Assembly (NCBI RefSeq): GCF_963921235.1
Contig: NC_086108.1
Span: 67,706,001 to 67,770,000 of the forward strand
Length of the DNA stretch: 64,000 bases
DNA from: Mobula hypostoma
Taxonomy: Eukaryota
Direction: 5' to 3'
This document shows, one piece after another, positions 36,208 to 49,900 of the stretch. The translations under genes and the position numbers were made by a program. Position 1 is the first letter of the stretch; every line of letters starts with the position of its first letter. Under the pieces are notes generated by a model. The model worked only from the letters and a program-made list of their open reading frames with translations. It was not told where the DNA came from and ran no database searches.

Positions 36208-39200
36208 CTCAATTGTATACCACTGGTGGAACTGCCCCATTGTTGAAACATATCACTCCCAGTTGACTAGACAGGTCTAATGCTATGAGAAAGACTGTTA
36301 CATTTTCTTCCAAATGGCATTTATTTTAGTTAAGAGGAAATCTGTGATTCTAGGAATAAAGCCAGGGTAAAGATTTATATTAATAGTGTATAGTCTGATC
36401 TCAAAATTAGCTAATGGAAGGAAATATATCATGTGACTAAATTAGAAAACCTTGTGAATTTTGAAAAAAAAATCTATTCCACAGTTCTGCCATCCCTCAT
36501 TTCATTTTGTAGAAGAATTTAATAAACATGTTAACTTAAGACTGAGTTTCAGCAAATAGTTAATATTATAGCCCTCTCACTCCTACTTCTGATATTGCTT
36601 ACAGAGGACCCATACTCTGATTTTGCTGATTTTTTGAGCCTCAGCAGCAAGTGTCCTACTAGTAAACCAAAGTATATCATTGACAGTGGATAGGTAATTA
36701 GAAACAGACAGCTTTGACAGATTTTCCATTTTTCAATCATAAGTGCTTCAAGATTTATTGTACTATCTCTGCCTCAGTTGTGAATGTTAACAGTATAGGC
36801 TGTCAATTAAATCTGGGACTTCTGTTGCTTTGGGCAGAGATCCACATAGGCAAAGAATTTACTAAGGAAGCCATTGCAAAGAATATTCTACTACCCAAGT
36901 GAAGAAATATTTCTTGTGAAATAACAAATGTGGCTCTATAATAATTTAAGAGTAAGATTTTTGCTTCATAACAGTAACTGAAATCATTAGAAACCAGTTG
37001 TCAGAAATATATAAAGAAATATGTTGCTACATTCTTAGACAGCTACTAATGTTAAGGATCTTATACTGATCACATTACTTATTGTATAGTAATCCACGAA
37101 CGTTCCAAGTTTTGTATCTGTAAAACTGCAGTTAAGGATTTAATTATCTGTAAATAGAAAACCCATGGAAACTATCTCTCCAAGACTCAAATATTTTTTC
37201 TAACAAATTATTCATAACAAAAGTGGGTTTTAATGGAACTTCAATGAATTCCTAGTGCAAGGAGAAGAATTCAGTGCCATCATTTGCTGTACTAGTTCTA
37301 AGATAGTCTAGACATAAATACTTTTTGAGTCTGGCAAAAATATTACAGTTGGTGAAAAAAAAATCAAGTCTCAGAAATGTTCCTCCTAAAAAGAATTGAT
37401 CAAGATTATACCAAAGCATTTGTCCAAATCTTTCACATATACAAAAATGTAAAAAGTGTACAAAATAATTGTAGAATTCCACTGAATATCATTTTTATTA
37501 CTGTTCTTATGATCATAAAGTTATGTAGAAGGAACAAAGACTGTCTAGATATATAAAGCATTTTTTGTTGTTTTATCATATTTTTGAGACTACTGAATAA
37601 AATAATATTGATGGCACACACAGTAGCATGTCAGCTTTTCGATAGAAACCCAGAATGTGATAAATATAACATTATGTATTATATTTAAAGAAAGCACACA
37701 TGGATGAACACACAAATAGTGGAATTGCTTATATATACTGTTTTTTTTCAGAGGGAATGGTAGATTTTGAAAATATGAATGAAATTAAGAGGGATGAAAA
37801 TTTGAAAATGTAGTAAATCATTAACAGTACTCATAATTTTACAACAGATTAGAAACTACCCCTAACTTCAGCCCCCACCCTAACATCCACTGTGTGACCT
37901 ACCTTTCTTGCAGCATCCAGTCTCCAGACCCTGTAATATTGACATGCTTAAAGATGACCGATTACCTCATTCTGCCGGGTGAGCAGCTGGCTGTCAGTAT
38001 GCCAATGCGACCTGACCATTAAAATCTGCCAAAGCTTGTCATCTGGGAGATAAAATCCAGCCTTTAATATTTAGGCTACAGATGAACACCAAATTCATTT
38101 ATGGAGCCGAGTCCAGCTATCATGGCATGTAAAATATTTATCAAATACTGTATAATAATAGAGAGACTTAGTGAGGTTGATAAGATGCAAGTTGATATTT
38201 GGTGAGGAATCTTTAAAGAGAATTTACATAGAACAAGCAAATGCTTTTTCATCTACTGTAACTTTGTCATTTTGTTTTCATGTAAGGGTAATCAATTTTC
38301 CATTCTAGTTTTGCTGGTCAGCCTATTACATCTGTCAGCTTAGCAGACACCAGATGATGTCCTGCTCAAATTACCAAGCATATCAAGTAATCTAACATTC
38401 ATCAATCATATCTTAAATAAGGGCAGTTAAAAGTAAAATATAGATACTATGCATTTTCTTTGAGCATGATGACTATGATGACAATATCTAGTTACAGAAT
38501 AATGTGTTCCAGAGCTTGGCTGAGCTAAGTAAAAAAAAAGGCAGGGATTTGAAGCAATTGATCAGTCCTAATGTCAGACACAAAATTCATGTAGATGCCA
38601 CAGAATATATTACTTAATGTAAATGGTCGTTCAATAAATTTTAACAGATTAAAATTAGAAATAAGTCTCCTGAAAAGATCTTGAGGTTACATTCCTGCTC
38701 TGCATTTATATGAGGTATTAAAGAAAAGAAAATCTGCATTTTTAGTATGTAGCAAATCTCTAATCATACATATAAAATTCTGGTGATGCTCTGGTACATA
38801 AAGGTGAAGTATAATCAAATTCCACTTTTTTTCCTATATTTTGCATCCTTCTGCAGTTAACCTGATATACAGGTCCTGCTGCAACCTTATTCTAGTTAAA
38901 TCATAAATACATGATCTAATATTACTGGACTTTATAACATGTTGTTACATGTCTATATGTAGCATATCTCTAAATGAAGATGAACGTATAAATACTTACC
39001 CTTGCTTAAATAAGTGTTACTCATTTTCAGAGCATAATATTAAAATTATTTCACATCTAAGATAAAAAAAAGTTGGATTATGGTCCGAAGGGTCTGTATA
39101 TTAGTCTACTTAAGACTTCACTACTATTTCATAGATCTGCAATTTATTTCAAATTAAACACTGGTAACATTAAATATAGATTTATGTCACAGATATTTTC

Positions 39201-40524
39201 TCTCTGCTTTTCTATTCATTATTTATATGTAAGATATAACCTGTCTATCAAGATCTCAACCCATCATTTAAGAAATTAAATATGCACATCAATAGCAATA
39301 CATTTTGATTAATTATTAATCAGTTGAGTTTTTATTACAAAACTTCAAATTATTGATGTATTTATTACCGGTTACATTTTGAGCAATTCGAATGGTTCTT
39401 TCAATGTCAGAACAGTATGTAAGAGAATTTCTAACAAAAATGTATCTTTCTCCCCTACATTTCACATCAGAAAAGTGATTATGATTTTCACCCTGTGAAA
39501 GATATCTTAGGGACCAGGACTTCAGTTTTCTGCCCTATTGGTCAGCCCTGTGCCCGATCAACATGAGAGGAAGCATCATTATCCTGAAATCTCCTAATGA
39601 CACCAGTAACCTTGGCCTGCAAAAGTACTACTTCAATCATGGTCAGTTTTCAATCAACCCCTTGACTCAGACTTAGCTCAAGCTCCTGGATAGCAGTATT
39701 TACAGCCAATCTGTCTAACACAAATGCTGTTCTCACTTGAGATGGAAATTAATCTTCGGTCCGCATCATACAGCAATTTGGTTACGACTTCTTTCTGTCT
39801 GGTCTACATAAGCAGATGGATCTATATATTTGTTGGTATTTATTGTGCACTGGATTTTTTTCCATTGAAAAGCTTTGTAAGCACAAACATTCAACTAAAC
39901 AAAAACTATATAGTAAAACATAGAAAACCTGCTGCCATTATAAGGAAGGATATTAACAGTACCTACTCAGCAGAATATTAGTTAAAATCCAAGGAATGCA
40001 GCTATTGATTCTTTCCATTCTGCTTTCTGCAGCAGCTAAATGCACAGCCAAGTTTTTCAGACTGTATGCAAATTTGAACCACTGCCAGTAATGTCTGCTC
40101 AAATAAATCTTCTGTTCCCAGTCCTAATCCTAATCTGATTGACAGCCAGACAATCAATACACCTTAAATTGCCACAAGGGGTGGAGATACGCTTTGTTCC
40201 AAGGGATATGGTTAAAAATGGACTATAGATTTGTTTGGCTGGCCACACAGCCAGAAGACCTAATAGGTGCCAACTAAGTAATGGTGTTGGGATAAATTGG
40301 ATAGTGAGGTCGGGACCTGGTAAAAAATAGTGCAAAAGGTTTTAAAAGTCCCATAAATTCTGGTCACCTCTGTAATGGCAAGTGTATCTGGTAATGCGGC
40401 TAAAAGGTGGTGATACACTTGATTACATGATTAATATTGTTCATTCAAGGCTTCCTCCATGACTGGTTAAGAAAAAGTAATGGCCTAGAAATTTGATTGT
40501 GTCATCCAGATGTTTGGGCATTAC

Positions 40525-41332
40525 ACAGGCAGCAACAGCTGGAAAGATGGGCTGAAGAATGGCAGATGGAACGTAATGCTGACAGGTATGAGCTCTTACA
40601 CTTTGGGACGACATACACTGTGAGCAGTAGGGCACTGAGGAGAGCAGTGGAAATGAGGCACCTAGGAATACAGATCCATAATTTGTTGAAAGTGGTGTCA
40701 CAGGTGGATGGGGTTGGTAAAGAGAGCTTTTGGCACGTTGGCCTGAATAAATCAAAGTACTGAGAACAGGAGTTGGGATGTAATGTTGAAGTTATATAAG
40801 ATGTTGGTGAGGCCTAATTTGGAGTATTGTGTATAGTTTTGGTTAAATACCTACGTGAAAGATATCAATAAGCTTGAAAGAGTGCAGATAAAATTAACAG
40901 GGATGTTGCCAGGACTTGAGAACCAGGGTTATAGGGAAGGGTTGAATAGGTTAGGACTTTATTCCTTAGAGCATAGAGAATGAGAGGAGAATTGATAGAG
41001 GTATTCAAAATGATGAGGGGTATACGTAAGGTATATCCAAGCAGGTTTTTTTCCACTGAAGTTGGGTGAGACTAGAACTAGAGGTCATGGGTTGAGGGTG
41101 AGTGGTGAAATGATGAAAAGCACGGGGGGGGGGGATCTTTTTCACTCAGAGTGGTAAGAGTGTGGAACAAGCTGCAGAAGTGGTGAATTCATGTTTGATT
41201 TCAATGTTTAAGAGAAATTTGGACATGAGGGCTTTAGAGGGCTATGGTCTGAGTGCAGGTCAATGGGAAAAGACAGATTAATAGTTTGGCATGGACTAGA
41301 TGGGCTGAAGGGCCTGTTTCTATGTCTCTGTG
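40525..41332 (+). mobile_element. CR1 LINE 3' fragment
   Basis: LERWAEEWQME, GTGAGGCCTAATTTGGAGTATTGTG, ACTAGAGGTCAT and GGGCTGAAGGGCCTGTTTC 3' end. Confidence 0.9.
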
Positions 41333-41399
41333 AGTGGAATGATGCAAGGTCGACATAGTTTCTGTTTAGATTAGTTGCCAGTTTGTTCTCTTAGACTGC

Positions 41400-41705
41400 A
41401 AGAACAGAAAAGGTGGAAGAACTCGACCAGTCAAGCAGCATCTGTGGAAAGTGAAACGATACTAGCATTTCAAGATTCAAAATTGTTTATTGTTATTCTT
41501 CAGTACATGAGTGTGAAGAAGAACAAAATGATTTCAGGTCCAAGACTCTTTGTCAGGACTGGAAAAGAGAGAAAATAATTTTAAGTTGCAAACAATGTGG
41601 GGAGGCATGGATAGGACATAACTTTACTGATTTCTCTTTTCATAGATGTTGCTTGATAGGCTGCGTTCGTCATCATTTCTGTTTTTGTTCCAGATTCCAG
41701 CATTG
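41400..41705. repeat. Very old inverted Penelope repeat pair, interrupted by a ~60-bp LINE tail
   Basis: GCAGCATCTGTGGAAA ... TTTTCATAGATGTTGC arms; degenerate hammerhead at 41531-41560(-). Confidence 0.55.
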
Positions 41706-43443
41706 ACTGTCTTAGTTGTTCTCCTAGTTTTCTCCATTTTATTTCTAATAACATCTTTGTGTGGCTGTTGGACAGCTTTGAAAATAATTGGTTTCAATCA
41801 AGAAATGGTCTGGTAAGTCAGCACGCTGTTGGGGTAACCACAAATGAGGAGGAGTGGAAGAGTACTTGGTGGCAAATTACCACATTGGGTTTCAATGGAA
41901 CATTTTTCTAGCCAAGCATTACTAAAGATCAATATGTAAAAGGTCGGGATATGTTAGGGAGCTATGCCATCTACAATTGTGACCTTACTTTATATGCCTC
42001 TCAGTACCTACTGGACAGCAAGAATTTCAGGAAGAAACATTAGCACAAAGTGTAAGGATTTCCAATGGAATTCACAAGGATGTAATGTGTGGTTTCCGAT
42101 GGGAAAATCACTACCTCAGAAAAATAAAATGCTTTCCCTATTGCCTTATTATGATGCTTAAACTCATGCATTCTATTAAAACAGAGCATGAAACAGTATA
42201 GTACTTGACAGGCTATTCACCCTATCACATTGTGCTGATCTTGATACCATTTTATACCAAGTCCTTCTTCAGTGTATTATCCATATCCCCCATTCCCATC
42301 ATATTCATTCTATCAAAAAACCTCTTAAACCCACCAAACTGCCCGATTCCACTACTACTCCTGGTCATCTCTTCCATGCACCTAACACACTGCACGTAGA
42401 ATCCAAAGAAATGGACCTCAGATCACCTTTAAACTCCCCCCTTCTAACCGTAGAAGCATGTCTTCTGGTGTCTGATATTTCTACCCTAGGAAGACGATTC
42501 CATGCATGTCTATCTTCTTTTATATGTGTTGGTCTTGTAATGAACGGATGGCTCTAGCCTTTCTGGTTGATGTTATACGGATGGTCTGTGATGATCAGAA
42601 ATAAAGTTTTACTATAAAAGTTGAGGGTATCATCAAATTTAAGTCATAGCATGGTAAAATGATTAAGGCTGTAAATAGTCTGCAGACATCTTCTGTTGCC
42701 TATTGCACACATTCTACTTCTGTAATATATCCTCCTGTAAATAAAATCTTCTTAATTCAGTCTATGTTTTCCTTCTTCCAGCTCAATTATACTCACACTC
42801 AAGTGTTTGCTGAGATTGGACACCATAAATGCTTTAGAAAAGCCTACTGAGTTAATGAAAGAAATGGGAGCAGGTAATGAAGGAGAGTTGGACAGTGATT
42901 CAAAATCTCAATGCGGCTATGGAAATAGAAATCTCCTAAGTTGGTAGAACTCTAAAAGATGTTCATAAAGCCATTCCCACTTGAAGAGGTTGCCAGTGAA
43001 ACTTTTCACATTTCTCTGGCTTGCAGCATGCTGACTTCTGCCTATCACAGATGATCCAGAAAAGGGTTCTCAACAGAATCCTCTCTTGGCACATTGACCA
43101 TAGAGGAAGAATCTTGGGGATTCAGAGTCTTTAATTGATGAAGCAATAGGGAATATAGCAATTTTAAGGAGATTGGAATGAAGGGGGATCCTATCCATTT
43201 TTGCTGTCAAAAGAATTTATACTGATATACACTGCAGCAAACAATAAATATGATAAAAAATGTTGACAATATATAACTATTATCTTAAAATTAATTTTGT
43301 GAGCATGAGCCCTTCATGAGTTTTGTATTATGGGAATAAGTATCCAAAAGCTGTTATTTATTCATTATTATTTAATATACAGCATGTCTGAGAGTTCTCC
43401 CCACTGGATTGCGAACAACATTTTCATCCATGTCATTTATACA

Positions 43444-44514
43444 CAGTAGATTAGTTAATCAGGGCAACTACTTATTTGGGATTATACTTAAGGAATAAAA
43501 AACAATCAAGAAAATTTGCCTGGATTCCCTTCTTTCATTTAGGGCACTGTGCCACTTAGTTGGGACAGGATACTGTTGCTAAACAGTTTCTAACCAGCAT
43601 TAGTCCCGTGAACTTGTTTGGCTGTTAGACACTACACTGTGCACAGAGTGAACAGTTGTTAAATAGCGTCAGCTGCATGTGTTTGTGTTCAAAAAGCAGT
43701 GATTTTTGTCACTGATAGTTGCTGAGAAATAAGCAGTAAGACAATTCAGAACTATCTTGCTCACTGTATTTTCAAACATTCAGACTTGGAGATGCCGAAA
43801 AGAACCTGAAGTGAAAATGAAACAATTTCACTACTTCAGCAAGTTCGATACTTCGAAGAATTTGAAGATATCGGCAATTACCTTGAATTACAATGAAAAA
43901 TGAAGATTTGGAGGATGAAATAATCAAAAGCATTGAAGGCAGCACATTAACTTCACGAGGTGTTTGTGCTGATTTTGTTCATTTACAATCAATCAAAAGA
44001 ACATGGCATCAAACACTGGATGAATTCCTCCATTGATAACTACTATAAAACTGTGTATGCTAATATTCAACTTTTATAGTACTATCGTAGCATTGGTAGT
44101 ATTCTCATTTGTTCTGTATTTCATTGAAATACAGAGGTGTGCTCGGTGGTGGGTGCTAAAGTTTTTTTTCCTCTGGTGGGGGGATTGTTGCTTGCTGCTG
44201 CTTACATGTGGGAGGGAGGTGAGCGGGGGGACTTTGAGGTCCTAATATTTAACTGTCATTCATTCTTTAGGGGCACTCCTCTGTTTTCATGGATGTTTGT
44301 GAAGAAGCAGCATTTCAGGATGTATATTGTATACACTTCTCTGACGTTAAATGTACTTTTGAACCATTGAAAACTTTGAAATACATAATTTTTTATTAAA
44401 CTAAATGGTAGTTTGTCTTTTTTATTTCCATAAAGATTCTGCTTATTGAAGCAGCCACTTAATTAAGCCGAAATGCACTGGTTCTGGTGTGTCCCAATTA
44501 ATTGGAATCCACTG
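43444..44514. mobile_element. TcMar-Tigger/pogo-like non-autonomous DNA transposon
   Basis: Right end GTCCCAATTAATTGGAATCCACTG followed by TA; degenerate left end CAGTAGATTAGTTAATCAGGGCA. Confidence 0.7.
44134..44375 (+). mobile_element. Short retroposon 3' fragment nested in the Tigger-like element
   Basis: 10-bp TSD TTGAAATACA (44124-44133, 44376-44385); TTGAA-type tail. Confidence 0.75.
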
Positions 44515-44518
44515 TATT

Positions 44519-44750
44519 ATAGAACAGAAATTTACAGCATATTACAGGACCTTCGGTCCACAATGTTGTGCCGATCACATAATCTCCTCTAGAAATTGCC
44601 TAGAATTTCCCTCTATTTTTTTAAGCTCCATATACCTATCTAAGAGACTCTTAAAAGACCCAATTATATCCGCTTCTACCACCGCTACCGACAGTGCATT
44701 CCGCACACCCGTCACTCTCTACGTGAAAATCCTACCTCTGACATTCCCCC
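44519..44750 (-). mobile_element. CR1 3' end fragment
   Basis: Similar to 6975-7210. Confidence 0.8.
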
Positions 44751-45857
44751 CAGAAGATGTCCCAATGATCAAAAAATCTGAATCCCTGCCCCCTGCTCTA
44801 ATCATTCAGCCACGAATTTATACTCCTATTCCTATTCCTATACTCACAGTCGCCTGGCACATCAACATGATATCACCAAAGGTCCCAGCACCAATCCCTG
44901 TGGTACACCATTTGTTAAAGGCTTTTATTCAGAAAAATTCTACACCCTGCCTCTTCATACCCAGTCAATTTAGGTACAGTTCACCAACATGCCCTAGATC
45001 CCTTGTGTACTGTGCTGTGGTGTTCTATGCTCTATTCCTTTTGCCATGTTTTAGTGCGTGTCAAAAAGGGAAGAAGAACAGGTTTATGACTGGCTAAAGA
45101 GCTGGCAGGAGGGCAACAGGTTTTTTACATCATTGGATCACTTCTGGAGGCAGGGGTGACCTGCACAATAAAGATGAACTGGACCTGAATTGGAGGGGGG
45201 AATTTCATAGAACCATAGACAGCCTACAGCACAATACAGCCCTTCAGCCCACAAAGCTGTGCCGAACATGTCCTTACCTGACAAATTACCTAGGGTTCCC
45301 CATAGCCCTCTATTTTTCTGAGCAACATATACCTGTCTAGGAGTCTCTTGAAGGACCCTATTGTATCTGCATCCACCACCATCGCCGGCAGCCCATTCCA
45401 AGCACTCACCATTCTCTGCGTAAAAAACCCCTGATATCTCATAGAACAGTGGTCCCCAATCACTGGGCCGCGGACTGGTACAGGGCCGAAAAGCATGTGC
45501 TACCGGGCTGTGAGGAAATGATATGATTTGGCGATATGAGTCAGCTGCACTTTTCCTCATTCCCTGTCATGCCCACTGTTGAACTTGAATGCACATGAGG
45601 TCATTACACGCGCGTCATTCATGTCAGCGCGGGAAGAAGATCAACTCCTCCAGCTTGCAAATGACGGTGGGCTGAAAAGTATGTTTCACATAACATCTCT
45701 GCTGGCATTCTGGATCAAAGGTTAAATATCCTGAGATAGCCACAATAGCACTGAAAACATTGCTTCCAACATATCTGTGAAGTGGGGTTTTCTGCATGAA
45801 TGCAACGAAAACTAAATTGCAGAATAGAGTGGACATAAGGAACCCCCTTCGAGTATC

Positions 45858-45947
45858 ACACATCAAAGTTGCTGGTGAACGCAGCAGGCCAGGCAGCATC
45901 TGTAGGAAGAGGTGCAGTCGACGTTTCAGGCCGAGACCCTTCGTCAG
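45858..45947 (-). mobile_element. Stand-alone ~90-bp Penelope repeat insertion with hammerhead core (45916-45949)
   Basis: TSD GAGTATC (45851-45857, 45948-45954). Confidence 0.92.
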
Positions 45948-46313
45948 GAGTATCGCTGTCTCTGATCACCCCTCGATGGGACCATCTTGTTGCAGGGAAA
46001 CAAGCCCAGGGCTCCCACTGATTCAGCGATATTGGTGTATTGTAATGATTTTATATGTTCATACGGGGAAAATATGTGCTGTGTGTTTAATATCCAAACG
46101 TTATTTAAAATGTTTTGATGCTATTGACTTATAAGTGACTTATAATTGACTTATCACTATATTCATGCGAGGAAAATATGCGCTGTGTGTTTAATATTAG
46201 ATTCGTTAGGTAAGCCCTTTTAGAAACGACATCGAGTGTATTAGCCACTTATAAGTGACTTATAGTTGATTTATCACCTATATTCTGCCATGATTAACAC
46301 CCTCCCCCCCACC

Positions 46314-46803
46314 AAGGGTTGCCAACTGTCCCGTATTAGTCAGGACATCCCGTATATTGGCCTAAATTGGTTTGTCCCATACGGGACCGCCCTTGTCCCG
46401 TATTTCCCCCGCTAAGGTAGAGTGTTCCTATGAAACCTTTCGTGCCGAAATGGCATAAAGCAAAGAAGCAATTACCATTAATTTATATGGGAAAATTTTT
46501 AGAGCATTCCCAGACCCAGAAAATAACCTACCAAATCATACCAAATAACACAAAACCGAAAATAACACTAACATATAGTAAAAGCAGGAATAATATGATA
46601 AATACACAGCCTGTATAAAGTAGAAGTAATGTATGTACAGTATACTTTCACTGAACAGAATCGCCAAAAACGACTTATAGAAAAAACTCGGCACGTACAT
46701 GCATGCGCACACAGGTACCTGCGCAAGGCTTCATGGTCATGGTAGTCTTCCTCGGGGTAAACACAACGTATTTGACTGCTACTCTCGTCCGTTGGCAACC
46801 CTA
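46314..46803. mobile_element. hAT (Blackjack-like) MITE nested in the Charlie element
   Basis: TIRs AGGGTTGCCAAC / GTTGGCAACCCT; 8-bp TSD CCCCCACC/CCCACACC; subterminal TCCCGTAT repeats. Confidence 0.8.
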
Positions 46804-46902
46804 CCCACACCCCCTCCCCACCAAACCCCTGGTCGGCTGGTCCACAAGAATATTGTCAGTAATAAATCGGTCCGCAGTGCAAAAAAAGGTTGGAGACCAC
46901 TG

Positions 46903-49900
46903 TTATAGATTATAGAACGTAGAATAGTACAGCACAGTACAGGCACTTCGGCCCACAATGTTCTGCCAACCCTTAAACCCCGCCTCCCATATTACACTCC
47001 CACCTTAAATTCCTCCATATACCTGTCTATTAGTCCCTTAAATTTCACTAGTGTATCTGCCTCCACCACTGACTCAGGCAGTGCATTCCACGCACCAACA
47101 CCAACCACTCTGAGTGAAAAACCTTCTTCTAATATCCTCCTTGAATTTCCCACCCCTTACCTTAAAGCCATGTCCCCTTGTATTGAGCAGTGGTGCCCTG
47201 GGGAAGAGGCGCTGGCTATCCACTCTATCTATTCCTCTTAATATCCTGTATATCTCTATCATGTCTCCTCTCATCCTCCTTCTCTCCAAAGAGTAAAGCC
47301 CTAGCTCCCTTAATCTCTGATCATAATGCATACTCCCTAAACCAGGCAGCATCCTGGTAAATCTCCTCTGTACCCTTTCCAATGTTTCCACATCCTTCCT
47401 ATAGTGAGGCGACTAGAACTGGACACAATACTTCAAGTGTGGCCTAACCAGAGTTTTATAGAGCTGCATCATTACCTCACGACTCTTAAACTCTATCTCT
47501 CGACTTATGAAAGCTAACACCCCATAAGCTTTCTTAAATAACCAATCTACCTGTGAGGCAAATTTCAAGGATCTGTGGACATGTACCCCCAGATCCCTCT
47601 GCTCCTCCACACTACCAGTATCCTGCCATTTACTTTGTACTCTGCCTTGGAGTTTGTCCTTTGAAAGTGTACCACCTCACACTTCTCCGGGTCGAACACC
47701 ATCTGCAGCTTCCCAGCCCACTTCTGCATCCTATCAATGTCCCTCTGCAATCTTCGACAATCGTCTACACAATCCACAACACCACCAACCTTTGTGTCGT
47801 CTGCAACCTTGCCAATCCACCCTTCTACCCCCACATCCAGGTCGTTAATAGAAATCATGAAAAGTAGAGGTCCCAGAACCAATCCTTGTGGGACACCAGA
47901 AGCCACAACCCTCCAATCCGAATGTACTCCCTCCACCACGACCCTCTGCCTTCTGCAGGCAAGCCAATTCTGAATCCACCTGGATAAACTTCCCTGGATC
48001 CCATGCCTCAAAGAACTCTATCAGGCTTATTAGACAAGATCCGCTCTTTGCAAAGCCATGCTGACTGTCCCTGATCAGACCATGATTCTCTAAATGCCCC
48101 ATAGATCCTATCTCTAAGAATCTTTTCCAACAGCTTTCCCACCACAGATGTAAGGCTCACTGGTCTATAATTACCCAGACTATCCCTACTACTTTCTTTG
48201 AACAAGGGGACAACATTCGCCTCCCTCCAATCCTCCGGTACCATTCCCGTGGACAATGAGGACATAAAGGTCCTAGCCAGAGGCTCAGCAATCTCTTCCC
48301 CCAGCTCGTGGAGCAGCCTGGGGAATATTCCATCAGGCCCCGGGGATTATCCGTTCTAATGTATTTTAACAACTCCAACACCTCCTCTCCCTTAATATCA
48401 ACATGCTCCAGAACATCAACCTCACTCATATTGTCCTCACCGTCATCAAGTTCCCTCTCATTGGTGAATACTGAAGAGAAGTATTCATCAAGGACCTCGC
48501 TCACTTCTACAGCCTCCAGGCACATCTTCCCACCTTTATCTCTAATCAGTCCTACCTTCACTCCTGTCATCCTTTTCTTCTTCACATAATTGAAGAATGC
48601 CTTGGGATGCCTATCCCAAGAATGCCTATTCGCCAAGGCCTTCTCATGCCCCCTTCTTGCTCTTCTCAGCCCCTTCTTAAGCTCCTTTCTTGCTTATATT
48701 CCTCAATAGACCCATCTGATCCTTGCTTCCTGAACCTCATGTATGCTGCCTGCTTCCACCTGACTAGATTTTCCACCTCACTTGTCACCCATGGTTCCTT
48801 CACCCTACCATTCTTTATCTTCCTCACCGGGACAAATTTATCCCTAACATCCTGCAAGAGATCCCTAAATATCGACCACATGTCCTTAGTACATTTCCCT
48901 GCAAAAACATCATCCCAATTCACACCTGCAAGTTCTAGCCTTATAGCCTCATAATTTGCCCTAACCCAATTAAAAATTTTCCTGTCCTCTCTGATTCTAT
49001 CCTTTTCCATGATAATGCTAAAGGCCAGGGAGTGGTGGTCACTGTCCCCTAGATGCTCACCCACTGAGAGATCTGTGACCTGACCCAGTTCATTACCTAG
49101 TACTATATCTAGTATGGCATTCCCCCTAGTCAGCCTGTCAACATACTGTGAAGGGAATCCGTCCTGGACACACTTAAACTCTGCCCCGTCTAAACCCTGG
49201 AACTAATCAGGTGCCAATCAATATTAAGGGAAGTTAAAGTCACCCATGACTTACTTTTGCACCTTTTCAAAATCTGCCTCCCAATCTGCTCCTCGGTATC
49301 TCTGCTGCTACCAGGGGGCCTATAGAATATTCCCGAAAGAGTAACTGCTCCCTTCCTGTTCCTGACTTCCACCCATACTGACTCAAAAGAGGATCCTGCA
49401 ACATTACCCATCCTTTCTGTAGCTGTAATAGTATCCCTGACCAGTAATGCCACCTCTCCTCCCCTTTTAACCCCCTCTCTATCCCTTTTAAAGCACTGAA
49501 ATCCAGGAATATTGAGAATCCATTCCTGCCCTGGTGCCAGCCAAGTCTCTGTAATGGCCACTACATCATAATTCCATGCATGTATCCAAGCTCTCAGTTC
49601 ATCACCTTTGTTCCTGATGCTTCCTGCATTGAAGTACATGCACTTTAGCTCTTCTACCTTACTACCTTTACACCCTTTATTCTGCTTCTCTTTCCTCAAA
49701 GCCTCTTTATATGTTAGGTCTGGCTTTACTCCATGCACTATACTTGCAGTTCTCGCATGATCTTTATCCTCCTCCACCTCATTATCTGCTCTAACACTCT
49801 GGTTCCCCTCCCCCTGCAAATATAGTTTAAACCCCCCCAGAGCAGCACTAGCAAACCTTCCCACAAGGATGTTAGTCCCCCTCCAGTTCAGGTGTAACCC

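Larger units (their letters stand above)
45447..46902 (+). mobile_element. hAT/Charlie-type non-autonomous DNA transposon
   Basis: TIRs CAGTGGTCCCCAA / TTGGAGACCACTG; imperfect TSD TCATAGAA/TTATAGAT; transposase C-terminal remnant ATKTKLQNRVDI. Confidence 0.88.

Noticed and set aside
39986..40091. Short signal-peptide-like reading (MQLLILSILLSAAAK…) or possible small exon
   Set aside because: Very short, with no recognisable homology and no partner exons; consistent with chance.
44489..45097. 202-aa ORF
   Set aside because: Runs antisense across CR1 fragments and repeat junctions; no domain recognised.
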